From Leucoraja ocellata (lineage: Eukaryota): a DNA stretch of 64,000 nucleotides. The stretch spans positions 7,254,001-7,318,000 of the forward strand of contig JAWMAR010000006.1 in NCBI GenBank assembly GCA_036785375.1, in the 5' to 3' direction. The first letter of the stretch is position 1. Every line of letters begins with the position of its first letter. Position numbers and translations under genes: made by a program. Below the pieces are notes generated by a model. The model was given only the letters and a program-made list of their open reading frames with translations. It was not told the origin of the DNA and made no database searches. Shown piece after piece: positions 1 to 15,149 of the stretch.

Positions 1-1885
1 AAAATCCAATTTACAATCATCGCATAAGTACTTCAACACCTGCTGTGCCATAGCTTCACTAGTGTGGTTTTGTAATTCCAAAAATGTGATAAATCGTTCA
101 ACTGGCTGTCCATCTTGCAAGTATCTGAGCACTATGCTCAGTTGGTCAACATGCAAAAGATCAGGCGTTGAGTCCACAGACAGACTGAAGTACCCAGAAA
201 CATTAATTTTGTCAATGATGACGGAGTGCACTTTCTTTGCCATTAACTCAATAAGTTCCTCACATATCGTTTTGGACAGGTACGAAGGGTTGCCTTTTCC
301 AGCATTGCCATACCGTGATATGTGAGCAGCCAAGAATGGGTCAAATTGACTTATCAATTCGAGTAGCCCCAAATAATTCCCATTATTGAGAGACCCAAAT
401 TTTTCCACTTTTCCTCGGAATGCCAATCCACGTTCAGCCAGTGTGCAAATGACTGCTACAACCCGCCGAAGCACATTCTCCCAGTAATTGTACTACTCTT
501 CAATTTGTTTTTCCAGTGGCTGTGTCAAGCCTGAGCCTTGTTTCCGAGTTAAATATGTCAACATGGCATCTCGGTGAGTTGTACTTTTTTTCATAGTTGT
601 CAATTACAGCAGTGTTTCGCCAGTCACTGAATCCTTCATTTCTAACAAAATGTGTTGACCCTTTGGGCGCAAATAGTTTACAAACAAAACAGTAAACTGA
701 TCCTTTTGAAGGAGAGTACAACAGCCATTCTCTCTTGTAGTGTTCACCATTGGCTTTTATTCCAAAAAAGATTTTCTGTGTACAGTATCTCTTTGGCTTC
801 CCACTGATGAAATTACGACACGATTTGTCAAATGGCCCATTGTGGTGCTGACATTCACTGGGTCCACAAGCAACCCAATATGTCACATCATCACCATAAA
901 ATTCATCCCACAACCCTGGGTCCTTAGCTTTGTTCATTTCATCCTTGGTCAGTTCTCTAAACTCCTTGGACAGTTCAAAAGCATTTACACATCTTGTTGT
1001 AGAACTAGGTCCAGGTTGTGGCACTTCATCATGTGGAACGTCATCATGGAAATCTGGCCTTGCACCAACACTGCCTGTTTCTGATGAAGGAGATATTTTG
1101 ATTCACTTGCTGTCTCTGAAGACTGACACTGGTTTTGATCTGGATCATCTTTCTCTGCAGTTTGTAAGAAGAAATCTGTCGGCTTTACTGTCTTGGCTAC
1201 AACAGACAGATTCTTTTGCTCATTCTCTTTTGCACGTTTTCTCTTTTGCGCACCACTCAACTGAACGCGCGTCATTTTTGACGTTTACATGGGGCTAAAA
1301 TTAAAAAGGGGCAGAGAGGGTCATTGAAATGACTGTCATGACAACTGAATTTGGCTCCATCATTTTACTTTTAAACACATGCTATGACGCTGCACCTCGT
1401 CAACAAAAAATAGCTTGAATCAGGCAAAAGTAGACACAAAAAGTCTCAAAAAAGATCGACAGATAAGAGACGACTATGTATACTAATTAAATAAAGGATC
1501 ATTGAAGCTGTATGACATCTTACCAGTGCAGTGGTCTTAGATTTCCAAGGATATCGCACACATCATGTCTGAGGCACAGAGGTCCGTCGAGAATATTCCA
1601 CAACAGGAAACATGTGACAGTGTTAATGATCTTACTGACCGACAGAGGTCAGAGTGCACTGCGCCAGCAGTGCCCCTTGTGGTACACCTGGGAAGATAAC
1701 CCTAGGGTGCACCATGATCAAGAAACAGAATATTATGATCAATTTGCACTAGTTTTATCAATTTTTTTTACAAATCTTCATTTGTTTTTTTTTTCTTTTC
1801 ACCCTTTTCCCAACGTTGAGGTGCCCCCTTTGGGTCTGGTGCCCTAAGCACGTGCTTAGTCTGCTTAATGGTTAATCCGCCCCTG
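1..1885 (-). mobile_element. hAT DNA transposon remnant (TTF zinc finger + DUF4371-type transposase), frameshifted, runs off window start
   Basis: Minus frames give KREWLLYSPSKGSVYCFVCKLF...GFSDWRN, then GLAFRG...GNYLGLLELISQFDPFL...SVDSTPD...ERFITF. Terminus CAGGGGCGGATTAACC at 1885 on the minus strand. Confidence 0.85.
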
Positions 1886-2136
1886 GGCACACCACTTCCT
1901 GGTTTTATAGTCCCTCCCCCCTGCTGCCAGCGGGGGCAGCAGAGAGAATGGGAAATTTTGTAAAATCATTAATATCTCTGTCATATTTCATCGACGGGAA
2001 AAATCCTCGGCACACATATGGCGGAGGGGGGCTCTGAGCCAGGTGGCCAAAAATGACAGCCGTAGGTGGCGGCGTTCTCTCGGAAATCGCAGCACAGATC
2101 GCCAAAACCGGTCAAGAATAGTTTTAGTAATATAGA
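1886..2136 (-). mobile_element. 5' part of a non-autonomous Helitron (same family as 13646-15149), interrupted by the hAT element
   Basis: Aligns with 14468-14600 plus 15020-15146. Minus-strand start A|TCTATATTACTAAAA. Confidence 0.75.
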
Positions 2137-3407
2137 TATATAATTGGAACCATTTGGTGATGTTTATGGTGAGTACAGGCTGTCCTGTTGTAAGTATAAC
2201 ATAAAATCCTTATTCTGTGATATGAAGAGGTGTCTCCCCCCCCCCCATGCTCCTAAAGGGAATAATTTATAGATGTTATCCACTATGATATCTTTCAATA
2301 TTAAAACTAAAATCCACTTTATTCCATACCCGATTATTCGATCCAAAGTTTTTAGGCATCTATCATGTTGGCAGATCTTTGAAACTGTCACCAAGATTCA
2401 GCAAATTTTCAATATTGGGAAATTCAGCGAGTTGAGGCTAACACAGTCCAAGGTGTATCCTGGGTTCTAGAGAAGAAAGTCGCCGGATGGTGCTTATCGT
2501 TATTAATCAGCAAGCCTGCTCTTGTAATGCAGATGACCATGTGTGGCTAGTAGTTGTAATTGAGTAATATTTCCTAACGACTTTGATGCCTGGGATGAGC
2601 TGGCTTTCTTTCTAAACTGATGCAGACATTTCATAAGGTCCTGGCCAGTTTTATGTATTTTCACTGCTAGATTTGTGCTCATAAGCTTAAAATTAAATGA
2701 AAATAGGCAAACTGAAGGTTAAGTTAAATAATCTGAAATGTGTCCTATTTAGTACATATTACAACTGAATTCTTTGTTGAGGTTTGACATTTTAAAGAAT
2801 TGAAGTGAGCATCTTCATTTTTTCTGAATTTGTCAGCTTCTCTCTAAAAGAGTTAGGGGAGAGTATGCACACTACATTTCCCGAGTAAACTGTAGATGAT
2901 AGAGACGGGGAGAGGGACTGCAGAACTAACCAGAGGCCATTTAAGTAGGATGGGGAATGGATGGTATGGAGGAGTCGTGAATTCCTGCTTCCTACTTTTA
3001 TATTTAACATTCTACCAGTGAACAATAATATTTAACTTGTTGTATTTTACAAATCCTGCAACAGGCCTGCAAACTCCCTCTGCATCTCCTAGCTCAACAA
3101 TATATCACTATTTCGATAACACTTTTTAAAATGTCCTTGCCAAACTAGACAACATCACGTTTCCTTATACTATATGCTAGATCTTTGGTCCACTCACTTA
3201 ACTATATCTCTTTGTAGCCTCCTTATGTTATTTCAGAAATTTCCTTTCTTACATTTTTTTGTAATTTCATGGAAATAAATCCCCTGATAACAAGATAACC
3301 AATGACTATAATTTGAACAATGCTCTCACCAGCGATGTTGTTATCTAAAATGGAATAAAAGTGATGAACTGATGTATAATACTGTTACTTGGTAGAGTAT
3401 GTTTTAA

Positions 3408-3617
<210 letters not shown>

Positions 3618-5024
3618 TAAAAGATTAAATTAAAAGATTTTTTTAATTTAAATAAATGTGAGTGCAAACTGACGAAAACCATAGATTTTGAGTCAATTCT
3701 AGTAGTGGTGCATTGATTTAATTATCTTTGCTGCCATAATTGATATTTATTCCTCATTGGTCTTGATGGTGGTATTGGAATATGCTCGTAAGTCTGTCAG
3801 ACATCAAGCGAATGTACTCCAATGTTGTTAGGTGGGATGTTCCAGGATTTTGAAGATGATGATGCAACAGAGATTTATCCAAGCTGGATAGATGTGTGAA
3901 TTATATTTTGAATCATTCTCATAGAAATAATTGCATTTATTATGTATTAAGTGTAGTGATTCAGTCCTTTGGGAATGAAAACCAGTAAGTCTCCTCAGTC
4001 CTGAGATAGTTCCAACATCATACTGGGCACAAAAATTCACTACCAAGTTCATTAGCAGTACTCTGAAGTATTAGGGGGACTGATACACTGTAAAGAAGGT
4101 AGATGCCACTGCAGTTGATGCTGCAGTTTGGTTCAGAAAATAATTATCTTCCACCTGATAAACCCACAGCCCATTATTTTAGTGAAAAAGGCACTTTCTG
4201 CTGGACAAATGGCTGGCATTTTCCACTGTTCGTGTTTAGTCTGATAATCTCAACAGCAATTCTGTGTGTACATGGGATTTTAAGAATGAGCTCTGCTGAG
4301 CCAAGAGTAGCATGAGGAACATTGCTTACTGACAGGAATTCAAAATCAATCAAAATTTGGTCATTTGTGTGAAGGGTTAACAAAATCCTGATTAACTACA
4401 AAAAAAATGCCATTGTAATAGCTTGGCCAATGTGATAATTCCTGTTCTTCCACAGCCTTCTGCCAATCCCAGTGTAGATATTGGATTTACATTGGAGTCA
4501 TATCCAATCATATCAGATCTTTAATTATTGTTGGCATATAAACTGCATAACTGCTGTGTTATGTTTGCATTTAGTCTGTTAAATTTTATGTCTAAAAATA
4601 AAAATAAACTAAAAAGCTTTATCGTAAAAACAATAAGAAGGCTTTTCACTGTACCTCATTACACGTGACAATAAACTAAACTAAAAGAGTCATCTCATCC
4701 CGTGAAATATTTTCAACCCCGGGTCTGCGTTATTAGCCTACTAGCATTTGTTCCACAAACAAAAAATATCATCCAAGCAATGTTTTTTTTGTCCCTAGAC
4801 AATTTGGTCAAATTTGTACACAGGTGCACGACTCGATGCTCTTTAAGGAGCATATGCAGAACTTGCCAATAAAACAGGCGGAACTCACTTCTAGCCTTAA
4901 TCCTGTCATTGTACCCATTTATACTTCCCATAAAGCAGCCAGTTTATAAGAGTGCATTATGCACACAGTGGAACTGTTGGTGTTACTCTTCTACTTTATT
5001 TCAACATCCTCACTCGCCTGATAA

Positions 5025-5222
<198 letters not shown>

Positions 5223-6958
5223 TGATTTATAATGTGGTATCTAATTAGGATGTCCAGACATGCCATGTTGTGATAGTCACAGGGGTGTTATATTTTGAAA
5301 CTCGCACTCTTTGGAATAAAATTAATATCCTCACTGGAGTGGAGGTTTCCCCAACACTACTTATTCATGCTAGTGGGCTACCTTTTCCTGAAAGTCGATA
5401 CACATTCGGCTTTAAAAACGATGATATGTTCAGATATTTTCATAAAAAGAACCCAGCAACAAAGTAGTAATCTGCCTCGCTCACTTTCATGTTTTCTGGT
5501 ACCTTCAATTAATTTTTAGGATGAGATTTGCATGTTTCTGGGCTGAAGGTTTGTCGCTAGTACTGAACTAGTTACAGCTCCCATTGCCAGTTTTACATTT
5601 CCACATGACCTGTCCCTACCAATCATTGTGTTTGTCAATTAGTTCCAAATGATAGTTCTCCATGTAAAGACCTGGGTTGACACTGGCCTAACACTGCACA
5701 TGTAACTGATAGCCAGGACTCTGGTCATTTTCATCTCCTCGGAAGATGGGGCTTAAACTTGTCCAGTATTTTTTGCTTAATAGATTATGTACCCAACAGA
5801 GTGGGAATATGTTCACCTCTAACGCCACTGCCTGTTTGTGAACGTCTATCTTCAGGATCTATCTCTTCTCACTTGCCAGTATTCTGGCATCCTGCCAGCA
5901 ATTTATATGTTTGCCTACTCTGCCAAACATTGGAATGTGTACCCTAAAATTATACTTTCATTTTAATATTCTGTGCTATTGGGATGCTTGATGCTGAAAG
6001 TGATCACTCATTTTTATTTTATCGCTCCTCTTACTGAGAAAAATTATCTTCAGCTGTCAAACCTCTGTATCCCGTAATCAGATTCACCAGTCTGGAATCC
6101 AGTGAACATCTTGAACTTGTCGAATCACAAAGAAAAATATATGAGTGACCATTCGGACAATATAGTGCAGTCTTCCAGAATTGTAAAATACTGTTCTTGC
6201 CAGATGAGATATGAGACACCACACAAGAGATCATTCAGCCTCAATTTACTCATAGAAAAATACTGAAACTTGTCTCACTTTGCAACATTAAGTCCTTAGC
6301 TCTTCACGTTGCAATTCTTCAAATATACATTAATTGTGTTTTAATTGGTTTCAGGCTTTCCAGTGAATGAGTTTGAGATCCCCCACCCTGCACGTGTGGG
6401 AAATCTTATCTGTTCCTCCAAGCCTTCTTGCAGATACTTTAAATCCATGCCACCTGGAATTTGTGACTTCTACTAAAGGAAATAACTCCTTAATGTTTTT
6501 TTTCAGATACTGAGGTCATCTTTGAATTAACTTTTTACTTATGTAGTTTTATGAGTGTGATTCCACATGCTCGAATTAATTCTAAAATCTTGTATTTTCA
6601 ATTTTTGTGAACAGATACTATTGCACTATACATTGAAATAAGCTTGCAAAATAAACATTTCAAGAGGAGGGAATCTTGTTAAGCAACCATAACCTATTTC
6701 ATCTCCCCTCCCCCCTTACCTAATGCTCTTGCACCTTCAATAATTTGCTACTTCTTCTCCCCATTATCATCTGAATCATCTCCACCAAAAAGCAAATGTC
6801 TGGCCCCAATTCAGTGCTAACACCGCTCATAATGTAGCTGTTATATTGCCTATAGTGGTGGTAATGCTTTTGCTTTTATTCTCGGATGTTGTACTCAAAC
6901 CTTAGAATGCTATAATTTAGACAAGCCTTTCATCACCATTTGCTCCATTTTTCCATAG

Positions 6959-7273
<315 letters not shown>

Positions 7274-8129
7274 TGAAATGCCCACATATAAATTAGCACC
7301 TTTTGTCCTTTAATATCAAGAGTACAAAGAGGAGATGGTTCGACATGTAGAGCTTGTCTGCCATGGTCTGAGACAATGTGAAGAGTTATGGATTTTGGCC
7401 AAATGAATTTGATAATGTGTGCTTGATGCAAGTTAGACCGAAAAATTTGAAAATAGAGTGTGGGGTAAATAATATCCCACCATTGCCTTGCAGGAGGCTA
7501 CTGTGGGCTGGGAAATATGAGAAGCGTTTGAGTCAGTATGTCAAGTGGAACAACAGTGTATTCATGTAATCACTGCATTGAGCAGTACCGACATGATATT
7601 GATGTTGTAATCTCCCTCACAGCAAGTGGTGACATGATTGAAACAGTATCTCCTACACTGTAGAGTAGTAGTTTCTTTCTGCAATCTGTACCGCACTCAC
7701 ATCATCAAATTAATTTTTGCCAACATCTATTGCAATACCTGCCATGGTACATTAACCTTCGTTATCATTGTTGATGTACGTAGCATTTTATGTATCAGAT
7801 TACTTCATCACCTTCCATTATTTCGACTTTGTATAATGCAAGAACTCTTCGATGGTTCCATCAGTGCAGTTTCAACAATAGCTTCTCTTTCTGTTCAGAA
7901 TCCCCCGTAGCAATCTTTATTTTGTTTCTCCTTCTCTTCGTTGGCTGTCAAACTCCAAGTTATGACTGCATTTAATAACACAACTTTAATTTCTGTTTAC
8001 AGAGTACTGACACCTCAAACTGCCTTATTTGCAAAATGGAATATTAATTCCCCACTACTCATACTCTCCTTCGACTGGTGGAACTTGTCCTCGCCCTCAA
8101 ATTATTTTTTGTCTCCTCTCACTTTATTC

Positions 8130-10310
8130 ATTAAAGGTGCAGTCTTGGCCACTCATATGGGCATCAGCTATGTTTGTCTTTTTGTTGGATGTGTTGCCAA
8201 ACATACACTGGCACCTTCCCCCCCCCCAACTCTTTCTCTACTACATTGACGACTGCATCGGAGATACCTCTAGGACCCATGCATAACTTTTAGATTTCAT
8301 TAACTTTATCACTACCATCCATCCTGCCCTGAAATTTACTTGAACTATCTCTGACACCTCTCTCCTCTTTCTTGATCTCTCTGGTTCCATCACGGACAGA
8401 CTATCGACTGGCAATTATGATTAATAGCAATTACTGACACACCGTTATCTGGACTACTCCTCCCCCCACTTTGCCTCTTCCAAAGATGCCATCCTCTAAT
8501 CTCAATTTGCCCGTCTCCTCTGCACCTGCTCCGAAGACTAGTCTTTCCATTTCAGGGTACCTGAGATGTTGTTTTACCCTAGTTTGAAGGGTCTCGACCA
8601 AAAACGTCACACATTCCTTCTCTCCAGAAATGCTGCCTGTCCTCTGAGTTACTCCAGCTTTTTGTATCTATCTTTCTTTAGTAAACATGGCTTCCCCCAC
8701 CCCGGCTGTTGTAGATGGAACCTTCACTCGTGTCATAGAAACATAGAAACTTAGAAATTAGGTGCAGGAGTAGGCCATTCGGCCCTTCGAGCCTGCACCA
8801 CCATTCAATATGATCATGGCTGATCAACCAACCCAGTATCCTGTACCTGCCTTCTCTCCATACCCTCTGATCCCCTTAGCCACAAGGGCCACATCTAACT
8901 CCCTCTTAAATATAGCCAATGAACTGGCCTCGACTACCCTCTGTGGCAGAGAGTTCCAGAGATTCACCACTCTCTGTGTGAAAAAAGTTCCTCTCATCTC
9001 AGTTTTAAAGGATTTCCCCCTTATCCTCAAGCTGTGACCCCTTGTCCTGGACCTCCCCAACATCGGGAGCAATCTTCCTGCATCTAGCCTGTCCAACCCC
9101 CTAAGAATTTTGTAAGTTTCTATAAGATCCCCTCTCAATCTCCTAAATTCTAGAGAGTATAAACCAAGTCTATCCAGTCTTTCTTTATAAGACAGTCCTG
9201 ACATCCCAGGAATCAGTCTGGTGAACCTTCTCTGCACTCCCTCTATGGCAATAATGTCCTTCCTCAGATTTGGAGACCAAAACTGTACGCAATACTCCAG
9301 GTGTGGTCTCACCAAGACCCTATACAACTGCAGTAGAACCTCCCTGCTCCTATACTCAAATCCTTTTGCTATGAAAGCTAACATACCATTCGCTTTCTTC
9401 ACTGCCTGCTGCACCTGCATGCCTACTTTCAATGACTGGTGTACCATGACACCCAGGTCTCGCTGCATCTCCCCTTTTCCTAGTCGGCCACCATTTAGTT
9501 AATAGTCTGCTTTTCTGTTTTTGCCACCAAAATGGATAACCTCACATTTATCCACATTATACTGCATCTGCCAAACATTTGCCCACTCACCCAGCCTATC
9601 CAAGTCACCTTGCAGTCTCCTAGCATCCTCCTCGCAGCTAACACTGCCCCCCAGCTTAGTGTCATCCGCAAACTTGGAGATATTGCCTTCAATTCCCTCA
9701 TCCAGATCATTAATATATATTGTAAATAGCTGGGGTCCCAGCACTGAGCCTTGCAGTACCCCACTAGTCACTGCCTGCCATTGTGAAAAGGACCCGTTTA
9801 CTCCCACTCTTTGCTTCCTGTTTGCCAGCCAGTTCTCTATCCACATCAATACTGAACCCCCAATGCCGTGTGCTTTAAGTTTGCATACTAATCTCTTATG
9901 TGGGACCTTGTCGAAAGCCTTCTGGAAGTCCAGATACACCACATCCACTGGTTCTCCCCTATCCACGCTACTAGTTACATCCTCGAAAAATTCTATAAGA
10001 TTCGTCAGACATGATTTACCTTTTGTAAATCCATGCTGACTTTGTCCAATGATTTCACCACTTTCCAAATGTGCTGCTATCCCATCTTTAATAACTGACT
10101 TTAACAGTTTCCCCACTACCGATGTTAGACTAACTGGTCTGTAATTCCCCGCGCTCCCCCTCCATCCCTTCTTAAAGAGTGGGGTTACGTTTGCTACCCG
10201 CCAATCCTCAGTGTCTCCTCAGTAGCCCGTAGTTCTGCTCTCGTTCTGCATCCCCCCCAGATGGAACGAGGATAGAGTTGGTCCTTCCCTATCACTCTCC
10301 CCTTCCAACA
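8130..10310 (+). mobile_element. Degenerate Penelope-like RT fragment, split by the CR1 at 8735-10210
   Basis: Decayed GVAMGTxMGxSYxCLFVG-like and YIDDCIG motifs at about 8135-8265; sequence resumes after the CR1. Confidence 0.65.
8735..10210 (-). mobile_element. 5'-truncated CR1-clade LINE in a DPP9 intron
   Basis: RT motifs LDFQKAFDKVPH, QGSVLGP, FADD; (TTTCTATG)n-type tail; target duplication GTGTC at 8730-8734 and 10211-10215. Confidence 0.95.
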
Positions 10311-10798
10311 CGTCCTGAGTTTAATTATCTTCATTTTCTGATCACCATGGAGTCATCTGCTTGCATTGCTATCAAATGTAAATCAAAAAACTGCAGACAT
10401 TGGTAGTCTTTAATGAAGACTCAGTTATGAGATGAAGGTAGTTAGAGAGAGAAAACGGTTATGCAAAACTGAACAATTTTGAGATAATAGTTTCTTACAA
10501 CTGGATTTGTATCCTTATCTTGACATCTTGCATTAGGAAAGATATTAGGACGTAATAATTGTAAACACTATTTACTAGAACAGTTCTTGGTATTAAAGCA
10601 TAACAGAGATCCAGCTAAGATTGGAGTTCTCCTCTTTGGGCCAGAATTGGAAGTGGATTTAATAGGTGTATGAGGGCAAAGTTTTTCTCCTTTCCATCTG
10701 ATATATGGAACAATTTTACCTGAAAGTAAAAAATGAGAAGATGTGAAGTAATGAATGAATGACCCAGGGGTGACTTGAAGTTTGAAAAAAAAAAGTAG

Positions 10799-11026
<228 letters not shown>

Positions 11027-11286
11027 TAAGTAATCAGTTATTTTTCAAGCCAGAGAACTAGCGAACAAATGTTCAGCCTAGTTGTCTTGTGTGGTATCCA
11101 GGCAAATCATACTGCGTATGAATGCAATCATGCCATAAATGAGAATAGCAGATAGCACAACAAGACAAAGGCAAAAGAGTGTAGAATATAGTATTACAGT
11201 TACAGAGAAAGAGTAGATTTGTTTTATGTAAAAGGGCCACAACATGGTAGATTTGGAAATAGGGACAACATCCTTAGCCTAGGAAC

Positions 11287-11572
11287 AGCACAGTGACGCA
11301 GCAGAAGTGTTGCTGCCTTACAGCGGCAGAGACCCAGGTTTGATACTGACTACAGGTGCTGTCTGTAAGGAGTTTGTATGTTCTCCCCATGACTGCGTGG
11401 GTTTGCTCCGGATCCCTCCCATACTCCAAAGACATACAGGCTTGCACATAATTGGCTTTGGTAAAAATTGCAAATTGACCTGAGTGTGTAGGATAGCACT
11501 AGTGTATGGGGTGATTGCTGGTCGGCACGGACTGTGTGGGCCTTAGGGTCTGTTTCACGCTTCATGTCTAAA
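11287..11572 (+). mobile_element. tRNA-derived SINE (V-SINE/HE1-like); related copies near 12730-12830(-), 16663-16975(-), 28372-28550(+), 28790-28985(-) and their duplicates
   Basis: A-box-like CACAGTGACGCAGCAG, B-box-like GGTTTGATACT, conserved core GGAGTTTGTATGTTCTCCCC; several copies in the window. Confidence 0.75.
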
Positions 11573-11696
11573 GTCTACAATACGTGTTTCAATAGTCAGA
11601 TAATAGTGGGGAAGAAGCGGTCCTTGAATCTAATGGTATGTGCTTTCAAACTTTTTTTATCTTCTGCATGATGGGAGAGGAGAGAAGAGGGAATGA

Positions 11697-11894
<198 letters not shown>

Positions 11895-12061
11895 TAAACT
11901 GCAGATGCTTCTATACGTATAACATCAGGTCATTTACTCTGAAATATTAACTTTGTTCCCCTTGGCACAAATACTATCTGACCTGCTCAATATTTTAAGC
12001 ACTATGCTTTATTTCAGATTGTTTGCATCTGCTGTATGTTGCTTTTGGTTTTGCTTTATGA

Positions 12062-12178
<117 letters not shown>

Positions 12179-12528
12179 GAAAGAAAAATGATCAACAATT
12201 AAGAAATACAAGAAATGATTTTAGACCATTGCTGATATTCAGTCCCTGGTGACTTGCTTTTGTCAAACAACATATTTGCCAACCTCGCCAACACCCCAGA
12301 AATCTTCAATCATAACTACATCAGTTTACCATTTTCTTTATAACATCAGTTCTGAGCAAGGGGATAAAATGAATTTTTCAACTGTGATTTGATATGACTT
12401 GCTAGCCTAAATTTTGGTTAAATTTACATGAATTGTAACAATACAGCATGGAGTTGGTGTTGATTCACCTAAACTATTTACAGGCCTTAAACTCCATTAT
12501 GATTGGGAGTGAGTATAAAGATTTAAAT

Positions 12529-12728
12529 NNNNNNNNNNNNNNNNNNNNNNNNNNNNNNNNNNNNNNNNNNNNNNNNNNNNNNNNNNNNNNNNNNNNNNNN
12601 NNNNNNNNNNNNNNNNNNNNNNNNNNNNNNNNNNNNNNNNNNNNNNNNNNNNNNNNNNNNNNNNNNNNNNNNNNNNNNNNNNNNNNNNNNNNNNNNNNNN
12701 NNNNNNNNNNNNNNNNNNNNNNNNNNNN
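12529..12728. other. Assembly gap (200 N)
   Basis: Run of N; round length suggests a scaffolding placeholder. Confidence 0.99.
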
Positions 12729-13645
12729 GAGCACTTGGAGGAAACGCACATGGTCAAGGGAGAAGCTGCAAACCACACCAACAGCACCCTAGATCAGAAT
12801 TGAACCCAGTCTCTGGCATTGTGGCTCCACCACCTTCACCAATGTTCTCTTGCATTCATTATTCATTTGGTAATAAAACATTTTTACAATTGCAGATGTC
12901 CACTTGCCTTGTTGGAAATTAACCTGTTATAGGCTGACGATGCAATTTGGCAGTACAAATGAATCTAGAACATATTCCATGAATGGTAAGGTTGCAGGGA
13001 GTATTGTGGAACCAAGGGACCTGAGTGTGCAATCCCAAAGATCCTTGAAGGTGTAGGCTGATAACGTGGATCCGAAGGCATTAGTTGAGGGATTATAAAG
13101 CTCCCAACTTTATTATAGGCCCCCAAATAGTCAAGGAGAATTAGAGGAACCAATATGCCAGAAGCTTGCAGTCAGCTGCAAGAATAATAGTTACTATAGC
13201 AGGGGATGTTAACGGTCTTGATATAGACTAGGACTGCCATAGTGCCAAGGTCTTCGATGGGGTGGAATTTATCGTTCAAGACTGTTTCCCCCAGACAATA
13301 TATAGAGTGCCTACAGGGAGAGAACAAAGTTTGTCCTGCTCTTAAAGGGAAATTGGGCAGGGCGAGTGACTGAGATGACAATGTGGAAGTTTTAAAAATA
13401 TTTTCTAACTGATTTCTATGTATGCATGTGCCTGTTAGAGTGAAGGGCAAGACAGGCTGGAGTAAGGGACCCTGGATGATGAGAGAAATTGAAGCAAAAA
13501 GGAGGCATAGATCAGATACATGCAGCTGGGGTCAAGCACCCCAGCTGGAAGGAGTATACTTGAGAAAATCAAGAAGCAAAACTGAGGCATGAGACAGCTC
13601 TGGCAGATAAGATTAAGGAGAATCCAAAGATATTTTATAAATATA

Positions 13646-15149
13646 CTAGACCAAGTGCAGACCCGTTGGGTCTGTTCCCCCAACGTGCGGTTGTGGGGGG
13701 GGCGGCATGCAGCATCACACACTAACTACCCCCCCTCCCGCACTCACGCTAATGGAGGGGGGGAGAGAGAGAGAGGGGGGGGAGGAGAGAGAGGGGGGGT
13801 GAGATGGGCGGGGAGAGGTGGAGAGCAGGGACGGGGTAAGGGTGGGTGGAGGGGAGGGGGATTTAGGGGAGGGACAGTGAGGGAAGAGGAGAGGGGGGGA
13901 AGAGAGGGAGGGGGAAGAGGAGAGGGAGGGGAAGTGGAGAGGGAGGGGGGCAAGAGGAGAGGGAGGGGAGGGAGAGGGAGAGAGGAGAGGGAGGGGGGAA
14001 GGAAGAGGGGGAGGGGAGGGGGGGAGAGAGTGCCTTTTTACTTCAACCCAAACAACTATCTGCAGGCAGGGGGGAGGGGGGGGAGAGAGATGGGAGGGGG
14101 GGGGGGAGTGCTGCGGGGCAGGGAGAGGTGGGGAGCAGGGACGGGGTAGGGGTGTGGAGGGGAGGGGGATTTAGGGGAGGGACGGTGGGGGAGGGGGAGT
14201 AGGAGAGCAGGGAGAGGAGAGGGGGAGGAGAGGAGAGGGGGGAGAGGAGAGGAGAGGAGAGGGGAGGGGGGGGGAGAGGAGAGGGGGGGGGGAGAGAGTG
14301 CCTTTTTACTTCAACCCAAACCCAAACAACCATTTGCAGGCAGTGCTTTTTACCTCTAACCATATTTTCATTTTCAAACCAAATTAAGGGTACTCACAGT
14401 GCTGTAGACATTTGTCAGTGTCATTCAAAGCTCTGAGTGAGGCACACCACTTGCAGAGACTGATTGAGGCACACCACTTCCTGGTTTTATAGTCCCTGTC
14501 CCTCCCTCCAGCAGGGGCAGCAGAGAGAATGGGGAATGTTGTAAAAACATTAATATCTCTGTCAATTTTCATCGATGGGAAAAATCCTCGGCACACATGC
14601 AACGGGGTCTATGTTTCTGGACCTATTACAAGTATGAGGTGCAATAGTAATTTAAATAAATAAATAAATGGTATCAGGACCTGGTAACGGGAGGTAAAAC
14701 AACAAAAACAGACTTGGTTGGTAGTCCCCTTTCTGCGGAGTTTAATGTTATAATAGAGCGATTGTTCCTATTTTCTTTTTCTTTTCTAGGGTCTACTTTC
14801 TCACTTTACTTCCTTCTCTAACTTCTTTTCTAGGGGCTTTCTTTTCCCAACACTCTTGCACTTCACGACTCTTGCACACTTTCTTTACTTTCTTTACTTC
14901 TATCTTTTTCTTAAAGCTCAAAAAAAAAAAAAATGAAGCGGTACAAAAAATGTATTAAGATATATGTGTTGTGTAGTATTGTAATTTACCGTACTTCTAA
15001 TAAAAAAAAACAAACAAAAACACATGCGACGGAGGGGGGCTCTGAGCGAGGTGGCCAAAAATGACGGCCGTAGGTGGCGGCGTACTCTCGGAAACCGCAG
15101 CACAGAAAACAAAAACCAGTCAAGAACAGAGTTTTAGTAATATAGAAGA
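13646..15149 (-). mobile_element. Complete non-autonomous Helitron with G-rich low-complexity core
   Basis: Minus strand 5' TC, 3' hairpin CAGACCC-AAC-GGGTCTG followed by CTAG; inserted between A and T with no TSD. Confidence 0.85.
14601..15019 (+). mobile_element. 3' fragment of an L1-like element inside the Helitron
   Basis: Pyrimidine-rich 3'UTR, AATAAA and A-rich tail; TSD ACACATGC (14593-14600 and 15020-15027); absent from the Helitron copy near 2010. Confidence 0.7.

Noticed and set aside
13589-14363. Gly/Arg-rich and Pro-rich ORFs
   Set aside because: Translation of the G-rich low-complexity Helitron core.
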